Source of the DNA: Lama glama
Lineage: Eukaryota
Direction of reading: 5' to 3'
Assembly: GCA_028534125.1 (NCBI GenBank)
Contig: CM052816.1
Span: forward strand, 68,202,001 to 68,266,000
Length of the DNA: 64,000 nt
The notes beneath the pieces were generated by a model that was given only the letters and a program-made list of their open reading frames with translations, was not told the DNA's origin and searched no databases. Positions 29,111 through 43,200 of this stretch are shown here, piece by piece. The number at the start of each line of letters is the position of its first letter. Positions within the stretch are counted from its first letter, which is position 1. Made by a program: the position numbers and the translations under genes.

Positions 29111-29404
29111 TGGTTTCTGTGACCTAGTATTTCTGAGAAATCATTAATGATTTTTAACAGTTGACCTATCCCAAGAGGAGCTTGGGATTCCCTTATCATG
29201 ACAATAAAATGTTTTGTAAAGTGAGTGGTTGCTCCCTAATTTAGCCATGGTAGTTTTTTGTTTGTTTTTAAAGCAGGCTTACTTGTACATCTGTGTTGGG
29301 GCTAGAAGTTGGAAATGAGGAGAGTAAAAGGTTAAACACCACTTGTGTGATAAGTACAAAAGTCAGACTAATTGCACTCAATCCTGGCTTGTACTGACTG
29401 ACTA

Positions 29405-31500
29405 TGAATGGAAACAAAGATACAACATATCAAAACTTGTGGGATACAGCTAAAGCAGTGCTAAGAGGGAAATGTATAGCACTAAATACATTCATTTAAA
29501 AAGAGGAAAAGTATCAATCAATAATCTAAGTTCTCACCTCAAGAACATAGAAAAAGAAAAGCAAACTAAACCCAAAGCAAACAAAAGATATAATAAAGAG
29601 AAGAATAGAAATCAATGAAATTGAAAACAGAAAAAGAAAAATAGAGAAAAATCAATGAAACAAGAAACTAATTCTTTGAAACTGTCAATTAAATTGACAA
29701 ACCTCTAGCAATGACGAAGAGAAAATGAAAGAAGACACAAATTACAACTATCAGGAATGACTCTGCAGACATCTGAACGATAATAAGAAAATAAAACAAC
29801 TCTACACTTATAATATGACTAGACAAAATGGATTAATTCCTTCAAAAAAGAGATAAACTCTGCCATAGTTCATCCAATAGGAAACGGATTATTTGAATAA
29901 TGCTATAAGTATTAACAAAATTAAATTCATAATTTAAAAATTCCCAGGAATAGGCATCATCAGGCCTAGATGATTTTACTGGAGACTCCTACAAATTCTT
30001 AAATAATTATTAATATCAATTCTACATAATTTTTCAGACAAGATAAAAGGAGGAAACTTCTCAGTTACATTTATGAAGCTACTATTACTCTGATATCAAA
30101 ACCTGACAAAAAATGATATGAAAAATAAACCCACAGACCAATATTCCCCATGAACATAGATACAGAAATCCTTAGCAAAATATTAGCAAATAGAGTTCAG
30201 TAATATGTAAAAAGGATTATATACCATGACCAAGTTGTTTTTTCCCTAGAAATGTTCTGTCTGGTTCAATATTTGAAAATCAATCAGTATAATCCATCAT
30301 ATTAACCAGCTACAGAAGAAAAATTATGCGATCATATCAATTGATGCAGAAAAAGCATTTGACAAAATTTAACACATGTTCATGATTAAAAACTCACAGA
30401 AAAATAGGAATAAAGGGGGAACTTACTCAATTTGATTAAGAGTATCTACATTCCCAGCACCACCACTTAAGAACTAAAGAAATAAACCTGATCACCTCCC
30501 CCCACCAAAAAAATAAAAAATATTACTTTACATTCATTGAAAAAAAGATTTTTTTTAAAGAGTATCTACAAAAAACCCTAGAGCTAACATTTTACTTACT
30601 GGTGAAAGCCTGAGTGCTTTGCCCCTAAAATCAGGAACAGAACAAAGATGTCTACTCTCTCTCATATTCATCATAATGCTGGAACTTCCAGCCAGTGCAA
30701 AAAGGCAAGAAAAGGAAATAAAAAGCATACATACTGAAAAGGAAAAAACAAAACTGTTCCTTCTTTGCACAGCTTGGTTGTCTATGTAGAAAGTCCTAAG
30801 GAACCTACTAAAAGAAAAAAACTTCCAATACCTGGTAAATCCAGCAAGGTCACAGGGTACAAGATCAATACACAAAAACAAATTTATTTCTATATACTAG
30901 AAATGAGCATGTGGACACCAAAATTAAAACCATGATACCAATTAAAATCACTCAATAAAGTATATTTAAGTGTGAATAAAACAAAACATGTACAAGACTT
31001 GTGTACTGAAACTGTAAAATGCTGATGAAAGAAATCAAGGATCTAAATACATGGAGAGATGTACCATGTTCATGGATTAGAAGATTCAAGGTGGTAAACA
31101 TGCAGTGCTCCCCAAATTCATATACAGGTTTCATGCAATTTCTGTCAAACCCCAGCAAGATTTTTTTATAGATTATCTAAAAGATTATACAAGATTATCT
31201 GAAATTTGTATAGAAGGTAACTAGGAGAAACTAGGATAGATAAAACAATTTTAAGAAAGAAGAAAAAAGTGGGAGGAATCAGTCTACTCAATTTCAAGAC
31301 TTATTATATAGCTACAGAAATCAAGACTGTGTATTGGGTGAGGGATGGACACATAGATCAATGGAAAAGAACAGAAAACCCAGAAATAGACTCACACAAA
31401 TATGCTCAACTGACCTTTGACAAAGGTCCAAATGTAATTCAGTGAAAGAAAGCCTTTTCAACAAATGATGCTGGAGCAATTCAACACCCATAAGCAAAAA
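29405..31500 (+). mobile_element. Old L1 ORF2 remnant
   Basis: 'aacatatcaaaacttgtgggatacagctaaagcagtgctaagagggaaat' and 'tcaattgatgcagaaaaagcatttgacaaaat' (RT motif IDAEKAFDK), with many stops. Confidence 0.88.
30451..30557 (+). mobile_element. 5'-truncated vic-1-like SINE inside the L1, with 13-bp TSD
   Basis: AAGAGTATCTACA duplicated at 30438-30450 and 30558-30570. Insert resembles the 3' half of the SINE at 5489-5621. Confidence 0.7.
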
Positions 31501-31691
31501 ATAAAATAAGGAAATAGATAAAGAGAAGAAAGAAGGGAGCGAGGAAGGGAGGATAGAAGGAAGGAAAGGATGGAGGGACCCAAGGAAGGAGGAATGGAGA
31601 GGAAGTAGGGAGAGAGAGAGAGAGAGAAAAGAGAGAAGAGAAAGGAGAAAGAAAAGAGGAGAGAGGAAGGAGAGAGAGAGAAGGAAGGAAG
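31495..31691. repeat. Polypurine (GA/GGAA) low-complexity tract
   Basis: Seen directly. Confidence 0.9.
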
Positions 31692-32592
31692 TTTTGCCAC
31701 TATTTAAGACATAGCAGTTCTTTGTTGATTTTACCCAGTACAGGTGCTTGAAAGAGTATTAAAAAGGAGAGATACGGAGAAAAACTGGGTTGCAGGCTGC
31801 AATCTTTTGGTAAGAACAGCAGTCCTAGAATTTATCCATTCTCAGGGATCTCTGAGGTCATAGTTTGCAGTTCACCTGGAAACAAATCACAACGTCTATG
31901 TGAATCTACAATCAAAAGGCATCTAAACAAGTCTCAGCTGGGCAAGGGACTGTGTCTGACGTTGTTTTCTTCACCTGGAGGAGTATGAAGTACCTGGGTT
32001 CTGCCTCACCAGCCTGGCTTGTTCTAACAGCCCTGCAAAGTCAATCAGAATGTGTGATTTCATCTGTGTTTTTATTCAGGAAGAAAACACATGAAAAACC
32101 AAATGCTTGGCCTATAGTGATTCTAAAAACAAAGAAGTATTTCAGTTAAGATGGCCCCTTTTAACAAGAATTTGTGCAACACAGGGTTAGTCTACCATCA
32201 CTGCCCTATATCACTTACCACTTCCAATAAAAGTGTGCTGCGCCTGTCTGCCTGGCTGAAGTGCTTTCCAAAGACACCTCCAGATTCTGCATTGTTCAAA
32301 CCAAGTCAGGATAAACCTACCTGTTACGTCCCAAATTGTGCTGATTCCCAAGGTAGTAATAAGCAAATTTTATCATCTGCACAAAATGTCCTAATCAACC
32401 AATTACTGAAAAATTATAAAAGATTTAATAGGGCCAGAAAAATACATAGTTTATATAAATGTAGCAACAATCATCATCTCTCTTCAGCTCAACAGCTGGG
32501 TTTGTGTTGAGGGTTGTTCATTTATCTGCAAAGAGCATAATAAATAAAAAGGCAAAGTCCGTTCATAAATTTCACAAATCAAACATTTTTAA

Positions 32593-32790
<198 letters not shown>

Positions 32791-33088
32791 TAAATGTGTC
32801 ATTGTGGGGCCCCACTTGCAGAAGAGTGTTCTTGGATTTATGCAGCTGGCCAGTAGAAACAGAACTTGAAACCTTTGCTTTGATCATCTCCAACATTTAT
32901 ATACCACTTAGAGTTGGTTTCATGCATTTAAGTCATTTTGATTTTCCTAACAATCCTCTAAGTTAGAGGTGATACCAGCATTAGAGAAATATTCTTTTCC
33001 ATCTTAACTGCATCATAATTTCCCCTGAGGCATTTCCAGACACACTTGGTACTCACTTCTAAGAATGCCCTCCATTAAGTGCCCTTCA

Positions 33089-34265
33089 TTGAAAGAAAGC
33101 AAGCTTCGTTTCACTCTATTCTGTATGCTAGTGGCAGTTAACTTTAGAAACCATCTGAGTGGGGATTAGCATTTGAAGCTGCAGTTTACCTCTCTGGGGT
33201 AGGACTAGTTCAGTGGAGGCTGAAGGATAAGCAAAGTGAGAACAATGAGAACTGGGAAGAGTGGTAGATAGGGAGTAGGGGAGAAAGACCAGACTCTTCA
33301 GGGACAACACCATTCATAGGATTCAACCCACAATCAGTGTTCAAATTAAAAATTGTATAGAGCCAGTCCTCAGTGCAGGAGATTTCAGTCTAGCATTTCC
33401 CAACTTTAGCTCAAGCTTGATACAGCCTTACTGAAAAACTTCAAGCCTGTCTCCTCTCAAATCTTCCCTGTAATCTTTCTGGGAGATCCCAGCGCTATCT
33501 TGAGTCCATGTCAAACAAGTCCTCCTTGGTGCCACGTGAGGGTCATCACTCTCTCTCCTCTCCCAACACAGCTCCTGGAAATCTTCATCAGAAACTACTG
33601 TTGCTGCACTGATGCAGCTTCTTGCATTTGCTGTCGCTGCCCATTGACAGTGGTGAATTAGCCCATGGTATCCTGAAGCTGCCCTGGCCAAATGGAACAC
33701 TCTCTTCCCCAAATACCCACCTACGTGCCACAATCTAGCGTAACTTGCAGTGAAGCATTGCCCAGTTCTCACAGAGATTTTTCTTTAGAAACTAGCCTTT
33801 GATTTCTTATTTGCATGCCCTCTTTCTCTAGGACTCACACATGAAACTGGGAAGAATTTTTCAAAGTGTTGGAGTGCTTGTTTCAAATGTGGGTTCCTGG
33901 ATTACACCATAGACCTTCTGAGTCAGACACTCTGGGAGCAGGACGGGGTTGTGGGTGGAGGGAAGTACCTGTATGTTAAACAAACTTCCCAGGCAATTTT
34001 TATGCTGTTCAAGTTTGAAAAACACTGGTCTGTGAACACTAGGTGAAGTCCAGTATCTCAGACATACCTGTAACTGCCCTCCCAGCCCCCCTCCCCTCTA
34101 GCACATGCCCTAACAACTGCTCTAGCTATGGAGATTTCTGGTGTCTGAGCTGAGTTGAAAAGAGGAAATTTGGATCAGGGGATGCAGGAAGGGATTAGAG
34201 ATGGTTCTAAAGTTAACTGCCACTAGCATACAGAATAGAGTGAAACGAAGCTAGCTTTCTTTCAA
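33089..34265. repeat. Inverted repeat pair: 33089-33156 and 34199-34265
   Basis: 68/67-nt arms differing by one substitution and one 1-nt indel; 1042-bp spacer. Confidence 0.95.
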
Positions 34266-36373
34266 AATTCTAAAATTCAAAATTTCAGATTTCTTGGGCT
34301 GGAGAGCCACTTAAGAACTGGGAAGAAGTCCTCCTCTAGTTCAGAGCGAACAGTGAGCCTAGCGAGGTGCCACCGTTGCAGAGAACTCTTTCTAGGAATG
34401 CATTCTAAAGAGCTGCATGGGGAAGTTTGCCTGCATGACAGCATGTGGCACTATCCTCTTAATGTTGACCTCACCTCAGTTTGGACCCCCAAGGCAGGGC
34501 TCTTCACTGGCTCTCCTGAGGCTCCCTGGGAAGGATGGGGGTAGGTGGTGTGCTATTGATGGCACTGTGAAGTCCACCACTCCCTCTGGCAGTGTTTGAA
34601 TTCAAGTATTAAAGGGCAGCTTGGCAAAGGGGGCACTTAGAAATTGGATCAGTCACAGCTTCAAACTCACTGTACAAATAAACTTACCATAGATGCATGA
34701 CCTTAGCCAAATTTCCTCACCTCTTGTGCCTCTTTCCTCATTTGTAAAATGTAGTAAAAATAATACCCTAAGTTTATCACAAGTGAAGGAGAAACATATG
34801 CAGAATCACCCAGCACATAGTAGGTAAAAGACGTATTTGTTAGTTCTGAATAGTGACCATGGGTTTCAGATGTATTAGGTGGCTTTCTGATTTCTTTTCT
34901 GAAGAAAAGAAAAGAAAAAAAAAAACCCATGCACGCATAGTTCCAGGAAATGTTGCAAAATGATAAAAATGTTTCAAACCCTCCCCCATCAGAAGATTTG
35001 TTTTTCAAAAACTAAACCTTAGGCAACTCTAAAATTTGGCAACTCTGAAATTTGTCCAGCATTCCTTTCTTTTGGGTCTTCTAGTCATACTTTTCCCTTT
35101 TAATCAGAGAAATTGATGACATAGACATTAGGAACTAAAACTAGATTTAATACATTGGTAAACTATGACTCAAGGTTGAAATTATTTGCTTCTACTTAAA
35201 ACTTAAATATTATTGGTCAGTTCTACAAAGCCATATTCAATCAAACCTATGAATTTTGATGTGCTTTTGTTGGAAAAAATTTTTTCTAGACTTTTCAGAA
35301 CCAAAATTTCTTTCTTATCATCTCTCTTTTTCTTCCATGCATTTAGTAACATTTTTATTTTTGCTTCCAATATTGTGAGGGAAAATCTTCAGTCATCTTT
35401 CTCTTAACATTGGGTAATCTTGAGACTTAACTATACAGGAATAGAAGAAGGCAGGACAAAAATAGAGAGTTATTGTCTTATTCTTCATAATAATAGCTTC
35501 ATTTACTTAAAAGCCTGTTTATAATTGGGTGAGTAACCCAAGTGATTCTGGATGAATTTAGGAGACATTCTCCTTGTCATGTGAGCCAAACTCAGTCATC
35601 AGCAAGTTGGGTCAGATGATGAACAGAATGGGAGAACTAGCCTGCAATTATATTTGCCCTTTGAAATAAGGAGAGACGTGGCCCAGCTGTGCTGACCAAG
35701 GAAGGGACAAGGATGAGATGTAGCAATATCAGGTCTCAATCTGGGTAATTGGTAGACAGCAGGGGGTTCTCAGGAAGTTACTTGAGGAATTCATAGGTGG
35801 GTAAAGCACAATAATGGGGAACCCTGAGGGGGTGCTGGTGATGCCCCCAGATTCAGCAGGAAAAAATCACCAGAGTAGCTGAGTCTCAGCCACGGGAGTA
35901 GGTGGCGCTCAGCATAGAATTCTAGGTGTCAGAAGAGGGACTGACTAGTTACTAGAAAGGGAACTTGGAAAAGAGGACAAAGGGCTGTTTATCAGCTATA
36001 GATAGACTGAGGCATCGAGTGGAGGCTGGGACTCAAGAATGACGCAGGAGCACAGTTTTGGAACTGGACCATGACATCCAGGTGAGACCATTGACAAGCA
36101 TGATTAGGAGCTAAGCCCACAGAATGAGAGGCTAGAGCTGAGTAATCACCCCATCACATGCCACATTTTGCTCTAGGAACTGAGTATAAAAAGTGGAGTA
36201 CACGCGAGTGGCCCTAGAAATGGGGAGGTGCAGGTAGAAGAAAGAGTCTAGGAATCAATCTGCATCTGACAGGGTGAAGTTCCTCCACAAAACTCAGGCA
36301 TCCATACCTCAAGACTTTCAGCCCTCTGTTGTGTAAATTCGAGTTATAGTCCTTAACCACTTTAGGTCAATAG

Positions 36374-36592
<219 letters not shown>

Positions 36593-36864
36593 TGAGTAGC
36601 CAGGTTCACACGACGCCCAAGTTGGGAAGCACCCAACTTGGATTAGAAGATCATCTAATCCAACCCTCTGTGGCGAATAAAAACAAAATCCATCCCATTT
36701 TTGGGGGGTAGGGGAATTGTAGCAGACAGGACTACACCTCAGTGAATCAAAATATCCTGGAATAATCTCAGTGCTAAACTCAGTCCCCTCCTACTTCAAT
36801 AAAACCTTTTTCTTCTAGTCTCTGATTTAAGAAAACATGTTGTTCATCATCATCTGAATTCATA

Positions 36865-37260
36865 TATTCATTCATTAAATTAGTCAGTTATTAATTCAAT
36901 AACTATTTACTGAGTGCTTATTATGATCCAACCACTGTTCTAGGCCCTTGCAGTTCCACAGGGAGCAAGACAGCATCTCTGACCTCGCAGTGACTTAAGT
37001 GGCACACTAGTAAACAAATAAATAGTGTTATCTCAAATAGTGCTATGAAGGAAACCAAACAGGGTAACAGAGCACTAGCTGGGCAGAAAGGTTAATGTCT
37101 GAACTCAGAGTCATGCCAACGTTTATGGGCTGGAAGGAAGCAAAAACCCAGCAAAGGAGACTGAGACAGGAGACCAGTGGGTTAGAAGGAAATCTAGGAA
37201 TGTATGCTGCTGGAAACCATGTGAAGGAATGTCCTCAAATAAGCTAGATGATCGAGAAGG
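36865..37260. mobile_element. L2 3' remnant
   Basis: 'attcattcatt...tatttactgagtgcttattatg...actgttctagg' is the typical L2 3' end. Confidence 0.55.
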
Positions 37261-40200
37261 TCACATTTATGTAAGAAGTTGAGCGACGAAGGAAAAAGTT
37301 TTGCCCAGACCAAGTGTAATTACCCCAGTCCACTGTACTACATGGCTTGGATCGCCAGTCTTTTGAAAGTCCCTCCTAGCAGCTTGATCACAGCATTTCC
37401 CACTGTGGAATCAGCAACATTCTGGGCACTTCTTGAACCTCTGCTGACAGAACAGGCCTCTGGCAGGAATTTCTCGTTTCCCAGAGCTAGGCTACAGGCC
37501 AGCACCACAGGGGGTGTGTTCTTCTGCGCCTCTTCCTTACCCTGTGTCCAGAAACTAAAACTGAAGCCCTGTGGGGGTTGAGGAGACCAAGGCGCCTTCC
37601 AGATTGAGAGGTAACATGATTTCTTCATTTCAGTCTGTTTTACACTAAAGTAAAAGGACTTGGGAAATTCCAGGACTATTCCCAACCAAGCCTTGCCTCT
37701 GTTATCATTGGATTATATCCAGGAATAATAGAAAACTAGGGTTTACTCAAAGCCCAACAAAACAAGGAAGTTTAGAGAAGAAACAGAAAGCCCTGAGCTA
37801 ACAATCAGTAGACATCATAAAAAGATGACTACCTTTTGATGAAAACAGAGTGACTTCTAGACAACCCACAAAAATATTTAGTCACAAAATCACACTGTTT
37901 TCCCAAGAGTAATCTTCAGAAAATACATTTTAAATGTACCTTTAAGACTATTCTGCCTTGATTTACTCTACTTAGTTGCTTTTTACCTGCTTTGTTCAGA
38001 GTAGTCATTTTGAAATCTACCTGATTCTGAAAGATGAACACTTGCTTTAGTTGCTGTAATTACAGCTGTTGTAACAAATCAAATCCAAAGTTGCAGTATT
38101 TTAACATAATAAAATTTAATCCAATGTAGATGTTCCTGGTTGGGGGTTGGCTTCCCTCCACAGGTGACTCAGAGAGGACCAAGCTGCTTCCATCTTGTGG
38201 CTTCCTCTTCCCCTTGGATCGCAGAATCCTTTGTTCAGCCTGCAGATGGGATGACAGGAGTATAGACAAGCCTCACTTATTTCTTTAAAATCTCAGCCTA
38301 CAAATGACACAACTCACTTCTGCTCACATTCCTTTAGTAAGGATGGGTGATTTGGCAATAAGTAGTGCTGGGGAATATAGTCCCTGACAAAGAATCTGCC
38401 TCCCTGCAATGACTCCAATCCAAGAAAGGAGGGCATAAACTTTGGTGAAACGCTCTCTCTGCCGTTAAGCCATTGCACCCTGGCATGAACCAAGCCTCGG
38501 CAGCTGGAATCACATTCGAGTTCAGTTTGGTCACTAGATTGGGCTCATCATCTGAAGTCACTGCACTAATAAATTAAAAACCAATCCAAGCCCACTTCAT
38601 CTTTTGTGGACTTGTTAGTCTATTTCTTCTTATGCCCAGCAGTGCCCCTAGACTCTCTAGGATCTGCATTACATCACTAGAACTGAGAGAACACTGAGCT
38701 GTGGCTTCCCCTTCTCTTGAAATTGTACCAAATGACCCAGCTACCACCTTTGGAAGAGCTGAAGCCAGAAAAATAAACATCCTCTGTGTGCTGATGATAC
38801 AGTTTTATTATCCTAAATGGACAGTTAGCTGACTCTGGAAGATAAAATCCTTCTTTAGTTATGGTAATGCTAGCTGCTATAACTAGTAAAACCCAAGATT
38901 AAAGTTTACTTCAAGACCAAAATTAGCATTTCTGGTAAATATTCTCCAAAAATGAGTTGGGTTAAACCTTAACAACCCATAGAGCAAAATCAACTGGTTT
39001 TTCTACCTAGAGAACATTTCAAAACTAGCTTAACTGAAAGGACTCCTTATGGAATTACGTTGCTTAAAATAAGGTATTTTATCATTGTTTATTGAGAAAT
39101 TTTATGGCCGTGGCAGAATTTGATAACATCTATGTTAAATGCTTCAAGCCGAAACTAACAGAGCCAGAGATGTTGGGCTTTGACTGCCCATTTGTTTGTG
39201 TGTCATCATGAACTCAGAATCATTTTCTGAGAAAAAAAATCTTAGTCTGTTTTATGGGCACCTCCTAATTCTAGAATCATAATGCAGAAGGAAGTAACCT
39301 CCCATTAGGCGATGCAAACCTGCTTGACTGTTTAATTTTCCTAAGTGGACACAACTTTAGGCCAGCTTGTCTGACCATTAAACATATAGGTCTGTAATTA
39401 CAACACGGATGATGATGACAAACATCACAGATTATTTACCACATTCTTAGCAAAGTTCTGAGTGTTTTCCATGTACTGTCTTGTCTAACCTTTACCACAC
39501 CTTTATGCGGTAAGTAATATTTCTGTCCCCATTTTATAGATGAGAAAACTGAGGCATCAAAAAGATCACTAATTGTCTGCTGCCTGTGTAAGGATAAGTA
39601 ACCTGCCCAAAGGGTCTGCTGTGCTCCTGGAGTCCACTGTTGTGGACCCTGTAAAATTTATTCTAAAGATCACATTTTGTCATTAAGCCCTTGGTCTACA
39701 CTGAGAGACCTTATAAGGAACAGCCTTAAAGAAGTCCTTATTGTCTCATTGTCAGGAAATATTTTGTTCATTATAGTATCTAAAAATATCTACTAAAATC
39801 GATATTTAGTAGATAAAATAGTAGAAAAATATCTACTAAAGGAAGAATTCCTACGCTTCTCCTAATAAATTTCTTTTTATTTTTATTATGTGACTACTAT
39901 GAGTATGATCATGTTTCTCTGCTTGTATATTTAGAAAACTCAGAGCCCAAATTGTGTCTCACCTCTGACACAAACATAGGACCATAATTACACGTTCTTT
40001 ATCCTGCCCTCATTTTCCCTTTGCCTAGTTTTTTCACTTGTGATCTTGTTTTACTATACGTATCCGAAAAACCACCTAAAATCCTTTTTTGGATTGAGGA
40101 AAAGGGTGGCCAGGAGTGCTACCTCAGGAGTTGGACTGACTAAGTTTGAATTTGGCTCCATTGCTTACAGACCATATTATCTTGGGCAAGTTAACACGTC

Positions 40201-43200
40201 AAGGTTTAGTTAGCTTTCTCTTCTAGAAAGTAGGAATATTACAGTACTTACCTCATAGGAAAATAGGTGGAAGTAAATGAGAAAATGTGTGGAAAGCACT
40301 GAACACTGTTAATCGTCAGTGTTCAGTAAGTGTTAGTGATGATGATGATAATGATGGTGATGATGGTGGAAGATAGAAATAATGAAGTACCATAGATCAC
40401 CACTGAAGAATGAAACCCTGCTACTGCCACGCACCAGCTCTCACCAGGGCCTTCTTCACCTTAGCACACACAGGTCCACAAGAAATATATCCATACACAC
40501 AGGTGCATGCACACACTGCTGCACCCACTGACACGTGCACACATTTACTGCAAAGATCCTCAGGGTATGAACATTGCTCCTATTTGTATTGACCTTGGGA
40601 TGTAGCACATTGCAAATTTTAGAAGCCAATGACCATCAGACTCAACCATTCAGCTCCCCTGAAACTCCCTTCCCTACCTCTGTCAGTGCAAACATCTGTA
40701 TTTTTCCTCTAATCATAAGGATGTGTACCAGTCACACTGTGGCCTTGTACTCAGGTATTCATACTCCTTTTAAAATCCACTAATCCTTAGACTTCTGAAC
40801 AGCACACTCTTCCACTCGGTGCTCACTGGAGGCTATTGACAGCGAAGTCTCAAACTAAAGCTGCTTGTGAACAGGCCAAGAAGGCCCTTCAGTTAGCCCT
40901 TTGCCTCCAGAGAGATTTTGGTCATCTGATGAATACAACTCACTAGCAAACCAACTGGTGCCGATATACAGCCTGTGCTAAGCTACAGTTCACTGGGGAT
41001 CTAAGCACTGCAGGGATAAGGGACCTATAGTTAAGAACATGAAGGCAAGTTCAATGGACAAAAGCAAAGGAGCCCAGGTTTCATCTCACAAGTCCCCTTC
41101 CTGCTTTGAACACTGCTTCTCAGCAGGTCTGAGTTTTCTCCCTTTCAGTTCCCCATGGCTTTTCTTGCTTCCTTGGCTGGGACATTCAGAGGGCGCCCGT
41201 CTGAAAGAGGGGGCATGGTCATTAAGACAGAGCTCCAAAGAGCACGGAGTTGTGTTTGTACAACGCTGTGCATGCTGGAGTTGGAAGGCAAGCAGCAGTT
41301 TCCTCTGAAAGCAGCCACAGGGCTCTCTGAAGGTCTTTTTCAGGGTCTCCATGGTTACCAGCAGATTTTTTTTTTCCTGCCAGAGCCCCAGCAGCTCTGC
41401 CTCTTTTCATTGCTCTTAACTATAGCCAGAGGGAAGAAGGAAATCATTTCTTTGGGGTCCTGTTCTCTTGTTTCAAACTGATGCATTCTAACCTGCAGTG
41501 GATGTTTCACTGCAGCCTGCTCTTACCTCCAGACAGCTTCAAGGACCGGAGAGCAGATGGCTGGCTTGGGGACCCTTTTCCCACCCATCCCTGGGCTGGG
41601 CCAGTTCCAGGGCTGTGAACCCAAGAGGCCAGCAAAACAGAGAAAGTCAAAGAGACAAACTGCACTCCACCCCCGGCCCACAGTATACGTCTAACTGATC
41701 TCTTTCTGGCCCACCAATTGCCTAATGGCAATCTGGGGACCCCAAAATATAAAGAGTCGGAGCTTTTAAAAATTATTTATTATATAGAACTTTCAGTATG
41801 TAAAGTCCATTCTAAGTGCTTTATATGCATTGAAAGTTTAAAGTTACAACAAATTTTTAAGAAATGGGTATTATCATCTCTGCTTTACAGATAAGAAAAT
41901 ATAGGCACTGAGAGTTTCATAACTTGCCGAGGTCACTGGCTGATTGGTGAGGGAGCTGAGGTTCTAACAGAGGCAGTCTGGCCCCAGATTATGTGCTCTT
42001 ATCACTCACCATGCTGCCTGTCTGGGAAGGCTCCTGCTGGGGGTCCATGCCTGCTGTCCTGGCAGCAGGAGATCTGCGAGCAGGACAGAGTTTCAGCTGG
42101 TGCTAATAGGAGACTGGGCTGGGGTATGTGGGAGAAATACTCCTGGGCCACCTCCGCACAAAACAGGAGCTCTGAGAAAACAAAACTAAGAGGTCTGCAA
42201 GTCCGCTGGTAATTCAGACCAATGTGGGACAGGCGTCTTGCAGATTACCACTGAACCATGGAACAGTATGGAAGCGCCAGGCTGGACCACCAACACAATG
42301 TGGGATACCCTTGGCAAGCAATGTACTGCATCAAGTCATTTGCTCTCATAAAGTGGGGGGGGGAGGGAGAGAAGAAATACTTATGTGTAAATTTGTAACC
42401 AACTTTGAAGATGAGTGAGTCATAGAGACTTAGGAATCAAATGGAGGCAAGCAGTGTAGATTAGCATATATCATTGAGGGTCATGACAGAGAAGACATGA
42501 AATAGTAAAAGAGGTAACTAAGAAAGTTTGTTGAAAGACTATTTGAAATTAACCAACAAGAGATGGTGAAAACTCCCCATCCCCACTCCCCATCCCCACT
42601 CCCCCCCACAAAATCAGGAAAAAGTTCTACATTTAGGAGAGAAGGGGCAAGGAAGGAAGCTGTTACTGGAACCTGCGGAGAGCAAGGCTCTAGCTGTAGT
42701 TGTAGCTGTAGGAGAGGGGCCACCTGGCAAGAGCCAAGGCCTTTAGTAAAGGAAAAAAGTCCTTGTTGAAAAGGGAAGTGACCTCTTTCCTTCCTCCTGC
42801 CAGTTCTCCCACTGACCAAACCCAATGGGAAGTCAAAGGGCAGGGGACTTGGATGATAAACTTGTTGGAGGCCAGCCTTCAGAGTGGGACCCTGCAGAGC
42901 AAAGAATGGATTTGAGAGGCAAGTAGAGAAATATCCAGCATAGGGCTCATCATATGACATTTGGAGGCTCACCCAGGATGTGAGAAGAGGTCTTACTCTC
43001 CTCACCCCCATTCTCATCTGATCAGAGCCAACTTCTCTCAATGTGATCACTCTGCTCTGGAGCAGCCCCAGAAGATTCTGTCTGGCTGCAGATGACCTCA
43101 GCCTGCTCAGGGTTAGCCGAGGATAACAAGATTGGACCACAACTGACCTCTTGAGTTTCCCTCCCACTCTCCCTCCCCCAGCACTTCAGACCAAATGTGC

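Noticed and set aside
35895..35912. CTCF-like GGAGTAGGTGGCGCTC
   Set aside because: Lacks the conserved 5' CC of the core; single unsupported motif.
42481..43167. 228-aa minus-strand ORF
   Set aside because: No recognisable domain, non-ATG start, overlaps old LTR-like remnants; likely chance.
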